Under the pieces are notes generated by a model. The model worked only from the letters and a program-made list of their open reading frames with translations, was not told the DNA's origin and did no database searches. Positions 10,723 to 22,746 of a DNA stretch of 64,000 nucleotides are shown here, piece after piece. The DNA is from an uncultured Verrucomicrobiae bacterium (GTDB taxonomy: Bacteria; Verrucomicrobiota; Verrucomicrobiia; Chthoniobacterales; Chthoniobacteraceae). Numbering within the stretch: the first letter of the stretch is position 1; the number at the start of each line of letters is the position of its first letter. The translations under genes were made by a program, and so were the position numbers. The stretch covers positions 1,248,001-1,312,000 of the forward strand of contig CAVYKI010000009.1 in the NCBI GenBank assembly GCA_963769025.1. Direction: 5' to 3'.

Positions 10723-12210
10723 GTGACCAACCACGAGGCACTTGAACTTGCGCGCCATCACCACCGAGCCGGGCGCTTGGCGGAGGCCGAGACCATCTAC
10801 CGGAGATCCTGGCCGCCGAGCCACGTCACGCGGATGCGCTGCATCTGCTCGGAGTCATCGCCGGGCAGACCGGCAGGCATGAGGCCGCAGTGCAATGTCT
10901 CCGCCAGTCCGTCGTCGTCCGGCCCGATCATCCGGAAGTTCACAAAAACCTCGGCGTCGCGCTGAAGGACAGCGGACGGATCGACGAAGCCATCGCCGCT
11001 TATCGGACGGCCGTCGCCCTCAAGCCCGACTACGCCGAAGCCCACAAGAATCTCGGCAGCGCGCTTTATCCCAAAGGGCCTGCTCGACGAATCCATCGCC
11101 GCTTATCGGCAGGCCATCGCGCACAGGCCCGCGTTTGCCGAGGCCCATGGGAATCTCGGCGCGGCTCTCACCGCCTCGCGCCAGCTCGACGAAGCGATCT
11201 CCGCCTGCCGCGAGGCCATCGCGCTCCGGCCTGGAAATCCCGAAGCCCACAACAACCTCGGCAATGCGCTGCACGACCAAGGTCATTTCGCCGACGCCAT
11301 CGCAGCCTACCGCGCAGCGCTCGCGCTCAGGCCCGGTTTCGCACCCGCCTGCAACAATCTCGGAATCGCGCTCCACGCCAGCGGCCAGCACGATGAAGCC
11401 ATCGCCGCATATCGCCGGGCCATCGAGTTGCAGCCCGACAATCCGGACATTTTTGGCAACCTCGGCAACGTCCTCAAACAGGAAGGCCGCCTCGACGAAG
11501 CCATCGCCGCCTATCGCAGCGCCGTCCGCCTAAAACCCGCTTCGCCCGACTGGCAGCACATCCTCGCCGCACTCACCGGCGATCATTCTTCCTCCACCAC
11601 TCCCGCCAGCTACGTCCGGAAGCTCTTCGATCCCTACGCCCGCGAATTCGACGTTCATCTCGTCGCAAAGCTCCACTATCGCGTCCCCGAACAACTTCTC
11701 GAAGCCGTCCTCGCCGTCGCCCGTGGCAGAAAGTTCGACATCCTCGACCTCGGCTGCGGCACCGGGCTATGCGGCGTCGCATTCCGTTCACTCGCCAACA
11801 GCCTCACCGGCGCGGACCTCTCACCGGCGATGATCGCGCAAGCCGGCGTGCGCGGCATCTACGACCGCCTGCTCACCGCCGACCTCGCTGAAGCCCTGCA
11901 GGCGGATGAAGGCTGCGACCTCGTCCTCGCAGGCGACCTTTTCATCTACACCGGCGACCTCAGCCAGATCTTCCCCGCAACCGCCCGCGCGCTGCGTCCA
12001 GGCGGGTTATTCGCGTTTTCCCTCGAACGCCACGACGGCGAAGGCTTCATCCTCCACTCGAAAGTGCGTTTCGCGCATTCGCTCGCCTACATCCGCGAAC
12101 TGTCCGCGCGGCACCACCTGGCCGAACTCCACGTCCACGAAGTCACCCTACGCAAGAGCGGCCCCCACGACGTGCCAGGATGGATCGTGGTGCTGCAGAA
12201 ACCGGGCTGA
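10723..12210 (+). CDS. TPR-repeat protein fused to a class I SAM-dependent methyltransferase (frameshifts near 10810 and 11070)
   Basis: Multiple AH.NLG.AL...G..DEAIAAYR TPRs; LFDPYA..FD.HL...L.Y..P, ILDLGCGTGLCG and RFAHS motifs. Confidence 0.85.
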
Positions 12211-12310
12211 ACCCGGCTTTGCGGAGCGGAGTCGTGCGAATGGCTCGGCGGACACCAAGCGATCCACCGGCTCAACGCCGACCGGTGCATTCCTGCGCTG
12301 CCGCCACCGG

Positions 12311-12868
12311 CTACGTCTTTCGCGAAAACTTCCTGCGGAGGACAAAGCCGATCGCCTTCCACCGGCGAGTGAAATGCCCACCGCGCGGCAGCCATGACTT
12401 GATCTCATTCTTCCAACGCACCACCGCCGCCCATGCAGGCATGGACTTGATGGCCGTGTAGAGCCAGGTCTTCAGCCGGGCGATCCATTCGTAGATCCGG
12501 CGGAACCACACGACCGTGAGCAGCCGTGGCCGGCACACCGCAAAAATGCGCGCCACGATGGCAGTGCCGAGGACCTTCGCCGCGACGATGATGAGCAACC
12601 CTCCGCCGGGATGGCCCTGCGCAATCAGGAAAAGCGCGGCGATCTTCACCGGCAACAGCATCAAGCCAGGGACGAAGAACACCGCCATCGCACCGTACGG
12701 CGGCAGCGCAGCCAGCCTGCGCTCCAGCCAGCGAAAGACACGCGCGCGAGCCACCCACGCCATGAAATTGGCGAGATGCACCCACAGCCATTCCTCGAAA
12801 AACATGATCGCCGCCGCGAGGATCACCATGGGCGGGTAGAACAGTTTCTTGAGCAGGCGGCGGAACAT
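12311..12868 (-). CDS. Hypothetical membrane protein
   Basis: FEEWLW, LPPY, AKVLGTAIVARIF pattern; 3 TM segments. Confidence 0.7.
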   Translation of the reverse strand: MFRRLLKKLFYPPMVILAAAIMFFEEWLWVHLANFMAWVARARVFRWLERRLAALPPYGAMAVFFVPGLMLLPVKIAALFLIAQGHPGGGLLIIVAAKVLGTAIVARIFAVCRPRLLTVVWFRRIYEWIARLKTWLYTAIKSMPAWAAVVRWKNEIKSWLPRGGHFTRRWKAIGFVLRRKFSRKT

Positions 12869-13094
12869 GAAAATTGGTTCGCGGACAATGCCGGGAGAGC
12901 ATGAGTCACTCCACCTTCAAAAATGTCACGCCAGACCGTCCCGGCATCGCAACTCCGAACGTCGCACCCCGCATCGAGGAAAGCACGGGCATCAAACCAA
13001 GGATCAGCGGCAACAGATGTGCGCCTACGGCTCGCCCGCTGCTTCCGACCGATCGAGCGGTTTAGGATTCCGCCCAGCCGCGGCGCGGGATTGA

Positions 13095-15154
13095 ATGCGC
13101 GGCGTGAAGCGCCTCCTTGTTTTCCTATGCGCGGCGTTGCCGCTGGCGGGGCAGACTGCTTTCGCTCAGGCCCCTGCCCTGCCGCCGGAGCCGCTGACAA
13201 CGGCGCGCCAGGTGCGTGCGCTTTCCCCGACCGAGGCGGAACAGAAATGGCCCGTGAAACTGCGCGCGACCGTAAACGCAATGGATCCCGGGCGCTCGAT
13301 TTTCATCCAGGACCCGACGGGCGGCACATTTGTCACTCGCCCAAAAGGGCAGTCGGCCGTGACACTTGGCGACGTCGTGGAAGTGGAAGGCGTGACGTAT
13401 CCGGGGCTGTTCCTGCCGGGCATCATGGCATCCTCGCTGCGCGTGACGGGGCGCGGGGAAATGCCGGAAGCGGCGGATGTGACGTTCGACGATTTGCTGA
13501 GCGGCAGGTGGCACTACCAGCGCGTGGCCATCGGCGGCATCGTGCGCTCTGCGGTGACGACGGAGGATGGGCGGACTGTGGTGAATTTCGCGGTGGGCGC
13601 GCGGAAGCTGGAAGTGCATTTCGTGGTGCCGGGCGTCCCGGAACTGCCGCGGCTCGTGGACGCGCGGGTGCGAATCGCGGGACTCGCCACGGGCTACATC
13701 AATGACAAGCGGCAGCTCATCGCGCCGCAGGTGTACGTGAGCAGGATGGAGGATTTCCAAATCGAGGAAGCGTCGCCGGAGGATGCCTTCGCGGCACCGC
13801 TCACCACAGTCACGGAATTGCTGCATTTCCGCCCCGAGGGAATATCCGGCCATCGCGTGCTGCTGCGCGGCGTGGTGACGTACAGTCAGCCGGGCGAAGC
13901 GATCTTCCTGCGCAGCGAGGGGCACGGCCGCTCGTTCAGACCGCCGCCGGCGAGGCTCCGCGAGAGGGCGAGTCGCCATTGGCGCCGGGCGATGTGGTGG
14001 AAGTCGCGGGATTCCCGGCGATGGGAAAATTCAGCGCATTCCTTGAGGATGCGGAATTTCGGAGGGCTTGGCCGGAGGACGCGCCTCAGCCGGTGCCGGT
14101 GACACTGAAAGAGGCGCTGAAAGGCGCGAACGATGCCGACCTCGTGACGCTCGATGCGCAACTGATCGAGGTGCTGGAGACGGCGGCGGAATCCGTGCTG
14201 CTGCTGCGCGCGGAGGAGACGGCGTTCAGCGCGCGCATTCCGCGCACGCAGCTCTCGCTGCGCAGCGGCAGCCTCCTGCGGATCACGGGCATCTGCCGCG
14301 TGGATGAGCCGAATTTTCCGCGCGTCGGATTCCAGGCGAAGCCGCGTTCCATCGAAGTATTGCTGCGCTCGCCCGCGGACATCGCGGTGCTCGCCGCACC
14401 ATCCTGGTGGACTGCGCAGCGGCTCGCGTGGGCAGGCGCGCTGCTGCTCGGGATCGCAGTCGCGGCGCTCGCGTGGGCGGTGATGCTCCGCCGCCGCGTG
14501 GCGGCGCAGACGGCGGTGATCCGGGAAAAAGTGGAGCGCGAAGCGATGCTGGAGGAGCGCCAGCGAGTGGCCCGAGAGATGCACGACACACTCGCGCAGA
14601 GCTTCTCCGGGCTCGGTTTCCAACTCGAAGCGCTGGCCGCGGGCCTGCCCGCTGAGACGGACACGGCACACGCACAGCTGGAAACCGCGAAGCAGATGGT
14701 GCGGCACGGGCAGGAGGAGTTTCGCCGCTCGCTGATGAACCTGCGCGCCGGGGAACTCGAACGCGGCGGACTCGCCACGGCGCTGCCGGAACTCGCACGG
14801 CAAATCACCGCAGGCACGGGCATCGTGCCCGACTTTGAAACGAAGGGAACGCCACGCGGCCTGCCTGAAGCCGTCGAGGCAAACCTGCTGCGCATCGCGC
14901 AGGAGTGCGTGAACAACGCCGTGCGCCACGCGTGCCCGAAGCACATCGCCATCGAACTCTGCTACGAACCGGCAGCCGTCCGACTGTGCGTGACGGACGA
15001 CGGCGCAGGTTTTGATCCGGAGCGCGCGGCGGCATCCGGCACGGGGCATTTCGGGCTGCGCGGCATCCGGCGCGCGGAGCAGATCCACGCGAATGTGGAA
15101 TTGCGCTCCCAGCCCGGCGAGGGAACGAAGGTCACGGTAACCGTCCCGCTTTGA
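13095..15154 (+). CDS. Membrane sensor histidine kinase, HisKA_3 type, with large extracytoplasmic repeat region (frameshift near 13930)
   Basis: Signal peptide; TM after PSWWT; EERQRVAREMHDTLAQ H-box, QE.VNNAVRHA, DDGAGFD, GHFGL.G. Confidence 0.9.
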
Positions 15155-15156
15155 AC

Positions 15157-15783
15157 ATGCCGCCACGCAAGATCCGCCTGCTGCTCGTCGATGATCACCT
15201 CATCGCGCGCACCGGGCTGCGCGGATTGCTGGAGACGCAGCCCGATCTCGCGGTGGTCGCGGAAGCGGCCAGCGGCGAGGCGGCGCTCGCGGCATTCGAA
15301 GAGCACCGGCCCGATGTGACGCTGATGGACCTGCGGATGCCGGGCATGGGCGGAGTGGAGACAACGGCCGCCATCCGTGCGCGTTTTCCGGATGCCCGCA
15401 TCCTGGTGCTGACGACCTTCGACACCGAGGAGGACATCTTCCGCGTCCTCAACGCCGGGGCGGCCGGCTACCTGCTCAAGAACACGGAGACGAAACCGCT
15501 GCTGGAAACCATCCGCGCCGTCCATGAGGGCACATACCGGACGCCTGCGGAAATCGACGCTCGCCTCGCGAAATGGCGCGCGATGCCGGAGCTCTCGGCG
15601 CGCGAACGTGAAGTGCTCGAACTCATCGTGCGCGGACGGAGCAACAAGGAAATCGGCGCAAACCTCGGCGTCGCCGAAAACACGGTGAAGAACCACGTGA
15701 AGGTCATCCTCGGCAAACTCGGCGTGCAGGATTGCACGCAGGCTGCGACCACGGCTCTCCAGCGCGGCCTCGTGAGCCTTTAG
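15157..15783 (+). CDS. NarL/LuxR family response regulator
   Basis: LLVDDH...PDVTLMDLRMP receiver domain; LSAREREVL...GRSNKEIG HTH. Confidence 0.95.
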   Translation: MPPRKIRLLLVDDHLIARTGLRGLLETQPDLAVVAEAASGEAALAAFEEHRPDVTLMDLRMPGMGGVETTAAIRARFPDARILVLTTFDTEEDIFRVLNAGAAGYLLKNTETKPLLETIRAVHEGTYRTPAEIDARLAKWRAMPELSAREREVLELIVRGRSNKEIGANLGVAENTVKNHVKVILGKLGVQDCTQAATTALQRGLVSL

Positions 15784-15797
15784 CACGTGCCGGGATG

Positions 15798-15815
15798 ATA
15801 GCCCGAAAGGGCCAT
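15798..15815. promoter_or_regulatory. Imperfect palindrome ATAGCCC-GAAA-GGGCCAT, candidate regulator site or hairpin
   Basis: 7-bp arms with one mismatch, between the response regulator and the DUF1553 gene. Confidence 0.35.
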
Positions 15816-15863
15816 TGTCTGCGTCCTCTGGATCCGGCATGTTCCGGGTGTCCTCATCGCCCC

Positions 15864-18800
15864 ATGACCACCACTGCCCAGCGCACGTTCCTCACATTCA
15901 TCGCCGGACTCTCGGTGTCCGCCGCCCAGTTTCTCCACGGCGCGGATCTCCCCTACCGCGAAGTGCTGCTCGCCGACAAGCCGGCGGCGTATTGGCGCTT
16001 CGACACGATCGAGGAATGCTGCACGCCAAATGAGACGCACGAGTCGCTCCGTGCCAACGCGGGGACGAATGTCTCGCTGCTCGAAGCCGGGCCGCGTCCG
16101 CCGAGCTTTCCGCGCATTTTCCGCGGAGAACACCGCTGCGGATTTCACCGGCTACGAACGCGACACGTATCTGCGCGTGAAGGATCCGGGGACGCGGAGC
16201 GAGTTCGACTTTGAAAACGGCGACACGATCACGATCGAGGCGTGGGTGCAGTGCGACGAGCATCGGCGACGGGCAGAACGCGTACATCATCGGCAAGGGC
16301 CGCACGGGCCTGCCGGGCGTCCGCGCGCACAATCAGAACTGGGCGCTCCGCCTGCGCGGGCAGGCGGGCTGGCGTGCGTGAGCTTCGTCTTCCACGACCG
16401 CGAGAACGCGGGCGAGAAAGACTGGCACCGCTGGACGACGCGAGCGGGTTCGTGCCGGGGACGGACTGGCATCACGTCGCGGTGAGCTACACCTTTGGCG
16501 AATCGGACAGCATCCGCGGCTACGTGGACGGCGAGGAGGTCAAGGGCGCGTGGGACATGGGCGGGGCGACCGCGGCGCGCCGATGGTGGACGATGACGAG
16601 GTGTGGATCGGCACGTCGATGGGCGGCGCACCGCAGGCTCGAGTCTCCGGGACGGCTCGATGAGCTCGCCATCTACCGCACGGCGCTGACGCACGAGCGG
16701 ATCAGGATCCACGCCGCCGCGAAGCCGTCGTCCCCGGGCGCGCCGCGCCCGTGGTGAAGATCGCACCCGGGGCAAAGCCTGCGCCGAAGGGCGAGGCGCT
16801 GCCGCTGCCGCCCGCGATCATCGCGGCGGAGGAATTGCCGAAGGGCAAGGTGCGCGTGCAGGTGTTCGAGTTCCGAAGCCGGCGGAGCAGGAGTCCGGCT
16901 GGGCGTCGAATGATTCGCCGAAGAAGAAGGCGGAATCCACCGACTTGGACGAGTCGTGGTCGGTGCTGCCGGAAATCCGAACGGATGAATTCACGGAGCA
17001 GGCATTCGCGTTTGCGGACGTCACGAACAAATACAACGAGCGCGGCGTGAAGGTGGATCGCTCCGCGCCCTTCCTCATCCGCGCCGCCGGCGTGGTGCGC
17101 CTCCCCGCGGGCGAGTACACGCTGCATCTGCGCGCGCTCAGCGGCGCGCGTGTCGCATCGACGGCACAATCGTCGCCGACACGCCGCTGAAAAAGGGCCA
17201 GGGCGGCGACGCGGAGGCCGTGCCGGACATGGCGAAGCTGCAGCTCGTGGAATCGATGCCGCCCGCTCCAGCCCGGCCACAGGGAAGTGATGGCGACCGA
17301 GCAGCGACGGCCAGCCGCATGTGCTTCTGTCGAAGCCTTCGTCGGCGGCAAGGGAATCCGCCCGGAACTCGGCCAGCTGTTCGCCGCGTGTCGAGGGACG
17401 GCAAGGCCTTCGCCTGCTCGCGCCCGAGGCGCGGAGGCACCGCGCCGGGACTCGACGAGGGCATGGCAGAAGTTACCGAGGAGCAGCGCGCGCGATCGCG
17501 ACGCTCAATGCGGAGCGACGCCGGAATCCGGCGGAGGAGGCGTACTGGAAGAAACGCCACGATCTCGCCCGCCAGAACGCGAAGCCCGCGATCGCGGTGC
17601 CATCGGCCGCGGCGAACGCATCCGCAACGACGTCGATCGCTTCATCGGCGCGAAGCTCGAGAAGGCCGGCGTCGAAACCCGCCCCGCTGATCGACGACGC
17701 CGCCTTCCTCCGCCGCGCGACGCTCGACACCATCGGGCTGGTCCCACCCCGGAGGAGGCCGCCGCCTTCCTCGCCGACAATGCCCGCGACAAGCGCGCCC
17801 GCGCCATCGACCGCCTGCTCGCCGACCCGCGCTGGGCCGACCAGTGGGTGCCCTACTGGCAGGACGTGCTCGCGGAGAATCCCGCGCATCCTCAAGGCCA
17901 CGCTGAACAACACCGGCCCGTTCCGCTTCTTCCTCCACGACGCGCTGCGCGACAACTGGCCGATGGACCGCTTCGTCACCGCGCTCGTCGCGATGGAAGG
18001 CAGCGCGCGCAACGGCGGCACCGCGGGCTTCGCCATCGCCTCGCAGAACGACCTGCCGATGGCGAACAAGGCGCAGATCTTTCGCTCCGCCTTTCTCGCG
18101 CATGGAGATGAAATGCGCGCGCTGCCACGACGCGCCGAATCATCCCTTCAACCAGGAGGACCTCTTCGCCATCTCCGCGATGCTCCAGCGCGCGCCGGTG
18201 AAGGTGCCCGGCACCAGCCTCACGCAAGGCCTGAGCGCGAACAGCCACGTCGTCGTCTCGCTCAAGGCCGGGCAGAAGATCGAGCCGCACTTGCCGTTCG
18301 AGGACGCTGCCGCCCGAGCCGCTGCCCGGCGTGCTGCGCAATGCCGAGGACACGCGCGAGCAACTCGCCGCGATCCTCACCGATCCGCGCAACGAGCGCT
18401 TCGCGCAGGTCGTCGTCAATCGCCTGTGGAAGCGGCTGCTCGGCTTCGGCATCGTCGATCCGGTCGATGATTGGGAAGACGTGAGCGCCGTCGCACCCCG
18501 AGCTGCTGACCTGGCTCGGCTCGCGAGCTCATCACGCACGACTACGACCTCAAGCACGTCGCGCGGCTGATCATGAATTCGCGACGACCTATCAGCGCGT
18601 CGTCACCGACGCCGGCTTCGCGCGTGCCAAGACCAGCAGCGAGCGGCTCTTCGCAGTCGCCCGCGCGCCGCCGCCTCACCGCCGAGCAGCTCGTCGATTC
18701 GCTCTTCCAGGTCGCGGGCAAGGAATTCGACTGCGAGGAGCTGAACTTCGATCTCGATGCGCCGCCGCACGATCAAGGACTTCCTCAATCTCGGCACGCC

Positions 18801-19394
18801 GCACCGCGCGTGGGAATTCGTCGGCCTGAGCAACGAGCGCGACCGTCCTTCGCTCGGCAAACCCTCCGCGCAGCCGTTCACCGACGTGCTCGCCGAATTC
18901 GGCTGGCGCGACTCGCCGCGCCGAGCCCGGAGCACGCGCGAGGAAGACGCCAACGTCCTCCAGCCCGCGCTGCTCGCCAACGGCATCCTCGGCGCGCGCA
19001 TCACGCGGCTGAGCGACGACAGCGCCTTCACCGCGCTCGCCCTGCGCGACCAGCCGCTCGACGATCTCGTCACGCAGCTCTTCCAGCGCGTGCTCTCCCG
19101 CGCGCCGAGCGGCCACGGAGCGCGCCGCTTCACCGCGACTGCTGCGCGACGGCTACGCCGACCGCCTGCTCGCGGTGCCCAGCGGCGACCTGCCGAAGAA
19201 GCCGCGCATCACGAAGTTCGCGATGTGGAGCAATCACCTCCACCCCGACTCCACGCCCGTCGTCTATGAACGCGAGCAGCATCGTCCGCGCCGGCGACCC
19301 GCCGACACCGCGCCTCGCCGCCGCCTGGCGCGAGCGCATGGAAGACGCCGTCTGGGCGCTCATGCTCACGCCCGAATTCACCTACGTCCCATGA
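15864..19394 (+). CDS. LamG-like plus DUF1549/DUF1553 (PSD1-type) domain protein (many frameshifts)
   Basis: [12 protein letters not shown] and WHHVAVSY LamG-like segments; [10 protein letters not shown]...[43 protein letters not shown]. Confidence 0.85.
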
Positions 19395-19407
19395 ACCTTC
19401 TCCCGCC

Positions 19408-20719
19408 ATGACCACTCCTCACTCCCGCCGCGACTTCCTCACCCGCGCCTCGCTCGCCGCCGGCGCGCTCGCCCTCCGGCTTCGCCGCCGCCAATGCCGC
19501 TGACGCCGCCGTGCCGCTCGGCAAGGCCGAGCACTGCATCTTCATCTGGCTCGGCGGCGGCATGTCGCAGATCGACACCTTCGACGCCAAGCCGACGCAA
19601 GGGCGACGGCAAGAAAGTCGCCGGCTGCTACTACGACATCATCGACACCGCGATCCCCGACGCGCAAGTTCTGCGAGCATCTGCCGCGGCTCGCGAAGAT
19701 GGCCGAGCACCTCGTGCCCGTGCGCACGGTGAATCACAACGTCATCGACGAGCACGCCGCCGCGACCAATCGCATGCACACCGGCCGGCCTGCCGAGCGG
19801 CAGCGTCGTCTATCCGTCGCATCGGCTCGATCATCGCGCACCAGCGCAAGGCCGCCGCCGACGGCGTGCCCGCCTTACGTCGCTCATGGGCTACCCGAGC
19901 GCCACGCGCGGCCCCGGCTTCCTCGGGCCGAAGGCCGGCTACGTCTATCTCACCGACACCGCCAGCGGCCCCGCCGGGCCTCGCGCTGCCGCCCGACATT
20001 TCGCCGCGAGCGCGCGGCGCGCCGCGCAGGGCCTGCTCGCCACGGTGCGCGAGGAGTTCCGCGGACGCGCACGCCGACGACCGCGCACCGCGCGATTACG
20101 ACGCCGCGATCGAGGAAGGCTTCCGCCTGCAGGGCGGCGACTTCATGAAGGCCTTCGACCTCGCCGAGGAGCCCGATCCGCCTGCGCGCGGCGTACGGCG
20201 ACGAGTTCGGCCAGCGCTGCCTGCTCGCGCGCCGGCTCATCCAGCGCGGCGTGCGCTTCCTCGAAGTCGGCTACAACATCAACTTCGTCAACGGCACCGG
20301 CTGGGACACGCACAACGCCGCGCAGAAGGAGCAGCACCAGCTCATCCAGGGACTCGACCAGAGCGTCGCCACGCTCATCACCGATCTCGAAAACGAACGC
20401 GCCTGCTCGACAAGACGCTCATCGTCGTCGCCGGCGAGTTCGGCCGCCCGGCGCAGCTTCGACAGCGGCGGCGGGCGCGGCCATCACGGCAAATGCTTCA
20501 CCGTGCGTCCTCGCCGGCGGCGGCCTGCGCACCGGCCAGTGCGTCGGCACGACCGACGAACTCGCGATGAACATCGTCGACGATCCCGTGAGCGTGCCCG
20601 ATCTCTTCGCCACGATCTTCGCCACGATGGGCGTGAATCCGGCGAAGAACCTGATGGACGGCGATCGCCCCGTGCCGATCACCGACGGCGGCAAGCCGAT
20701 CGCGAAGCTGTTCGCGTAG
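19408..20719 (+). CDS. DUF1501 domain protein with Tat-like signal (many frameshifts)
   Basis: [56 protein letters not shown]. Confidence 0.9.
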
Positions 20720-20767
20720 CACCGGGAAATGCGACGTGCGGAAGTCACGAACGCGTAGGGTTTGCTG

Positions 20768-21758
20768 ATGTTTGATCGTTTCCAGCGTCCGCTTTCGCGA
20801 TCTGCGCCTCTCCGTCACGACCGCTGAATTTCCGTTGCGGCTATTGCATGCCCAAGGAGGTCTTCGGGCGCGGCTACGACTTTTTCCCCAAGGGGGACGT
20901 GCTCTCGTTTGAGGAGATTACCCGGCTCTCGGGGACTTGTCGGGGGGGCGTCGAGAAAGTGCGACTGACGGGCGGCGAGCCGCTTCTTCGGCGCCATCTG
21001 GATCTCCTGATCGGGAATCGGCGGCATCGCAGGCCTCCGCGACCTGACTCTCACCACCAACGGCTCGCGCTGGTGGAGGAAGCGGCAGCGCTCCGCGCCG
21101 CGGGGCTCCGCCGGCTGACGGTGAGCCTCGATTCGCTCGACGACGCGATTTTCCGCGCGATGAACGACGTGGACTTTCCCGTGCATCGAGTGCTCTGCGG
21201 GATCGACGCCGCGCGCGCAGCGGGATTCGCCCCGATTAAGATCAACATGGTGGTGAAGCGCGGGGTGAATGACGACGAGGTCGTGGCGATGGCGCGGCGT
21301 TCCGCGGGCCGGAATTCATCGTGCGCTTCATCGAATACATGGACGTGGGGAACAGCAACGGCTGGCGGATGGCAGGATGTGGTCCCTGCCGCGGAAATCA
21401 TCGAGCGCGTCGGCGCCGAGCTGCCGCTGGAGCCGCTGCCGCGCAATTATCCCGGCGAGATCGCGCGCCGCTACCGGCATCGCGGAGGGCGGCGAAATCG
21501 GCGTCATCGCCTCGGTCACGCAGCCATTCTGCGGCGACTGCACGCGCGCGCGGCTTTCCGCGGATGGGACGCTTTTCACGTGCCTCTTTGCCTCGCAAGG
21601 CATCGGGTTGCTGGACTAGCTGCGCGCCGGAGCCACCGAGCGATCTGCGCGAAAAAATCAGCGCCGTGTGGAAGAGGCGCGAGGACCGCTACTCGGAGAT
21701 TCGCTCCACGCAGACCGGACGCGCGCCAAAAGTCGAGATGTCGCGCGTCGGCGGCTGA
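20768..21758 (+). CDS. moaA: GTP 3',8-cyclase, radical SAM (frameshifts and one in-frame TAG)
   Basis: [16 protein letters not shown] after indel repair, [41 protein letters not shown]-terminus. Confidence 0.92.
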
Positions 21759-21759
21759 G

Positions 21760-22264
21760 CGGGATTTCTCCCACTCGCTCGGACACAACGCTGGGCGCGG
21801 ATGACCGAGGTGATCGAGGCATTCGACGATCGCGGGCAGGAGGAGCGGCAGGCATTCGCCGATGGCGCGCGGGTTGCCGGGGAGATTGATGATCAGGGAC
21901 GTCCGCGCGTGCCGGCGGTGGCCCGGCTGAGGATGCCGTGGGCACCTTGGCAAATGACTGGACGCGCATGATCTCGCCGAAGCCGGGAAGCTCGCGCTCG
22001 AGCACTGCGTGCGTGGCCTCGGGCGTGACATCGCGCGCGGACGGGCCAGTGCCGCCGGTCGTCACCACGAGCGCGCAGTTCCTCGTCGCAGGCGCGGCGC
22101 AGCGCGGATTCGATCTGCCCGCGCTCGTCGGGGATCAGCACGCGCATCCATTCGACTTCCTCCGCGAGCGCGGTGGCAAAAAACTGCTCGATCGCCGGGC
22201 CGCTCCGGTCTTCGTAAACTCCCGCGCTCGCCCGGTCGCTCAGCGTGATACGCGCGAATTTCAT
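21760..22264 (-). CDS. mogA: Molybdopterin adenylyltransferase, MogA/MoaB family (frameshifts; 3' end approximate)
   Basis: ITLSDRASAGVYEDRSGP, TTGGTGP..RDVTPEAT, LIINLPGNP. Confidence 0.9.
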
Positions 22265-22711
22265 TCCTTCACCTTCTCGGTCACGCGGATTCGCCAATGC
22301 TCATTTTTTATCCACGGCCTTGCACATGTCGTAAATCGTGAGCGCGGCGACGCTCACCGCGGTGAGCGCCTCCATCTCCACGCCGGTCTTCGCGGTCGTG
22401 CGCGCGGTGACTTCGATGCGGATGGCGTTGGCCAGCACCGTAAAATTCACGTCCACCGCGTCGAGCGGCAGCGAGTGGCAGAGCGGGATCAATTCGTCGC
22501 AGCGCTTCGCGGCCTGGATCGCCGCGATTTTCGCGACGGCGAGCACGTCACCCTTTGGCAGCGCCTGCTGGCGCAACGCGCGGATCGGTCGCGGCGGCGC
22601 AATGGACGAATCCCTCGGCGCTCGCGGTGCGGCGCTGCAAGGCTTGGCGCCCACGTCCACCATGCGCGCGGCGCCTCGCGTCGAGATGGCTGAAGTTTTC
22701 GTTGTTGGCAT
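22261..22711 (-). CDS. moaC: Cyclic pyranopterin monophosphate synthase (frameshifts)
   Basis: [42 protein letters not shown]. Confidence 0.93.
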
Positions 22712-22746
22712 GCCGAGGCTTGCGCGCGGCAAAAAGCGAGCACGGG

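Noticed and set aside
12874..13094. Small ORFs in the gap before the sensor kinase
   Set aside because: No motifs, signal peptide or clear coding bias; more likely a divergent promoter region.
21617..21619. Genome-wide TAG reassignment
   Set aside because: TAG ends many intact genes at their expected positions (glnB, uppP, dnaJ, grpE, murA).
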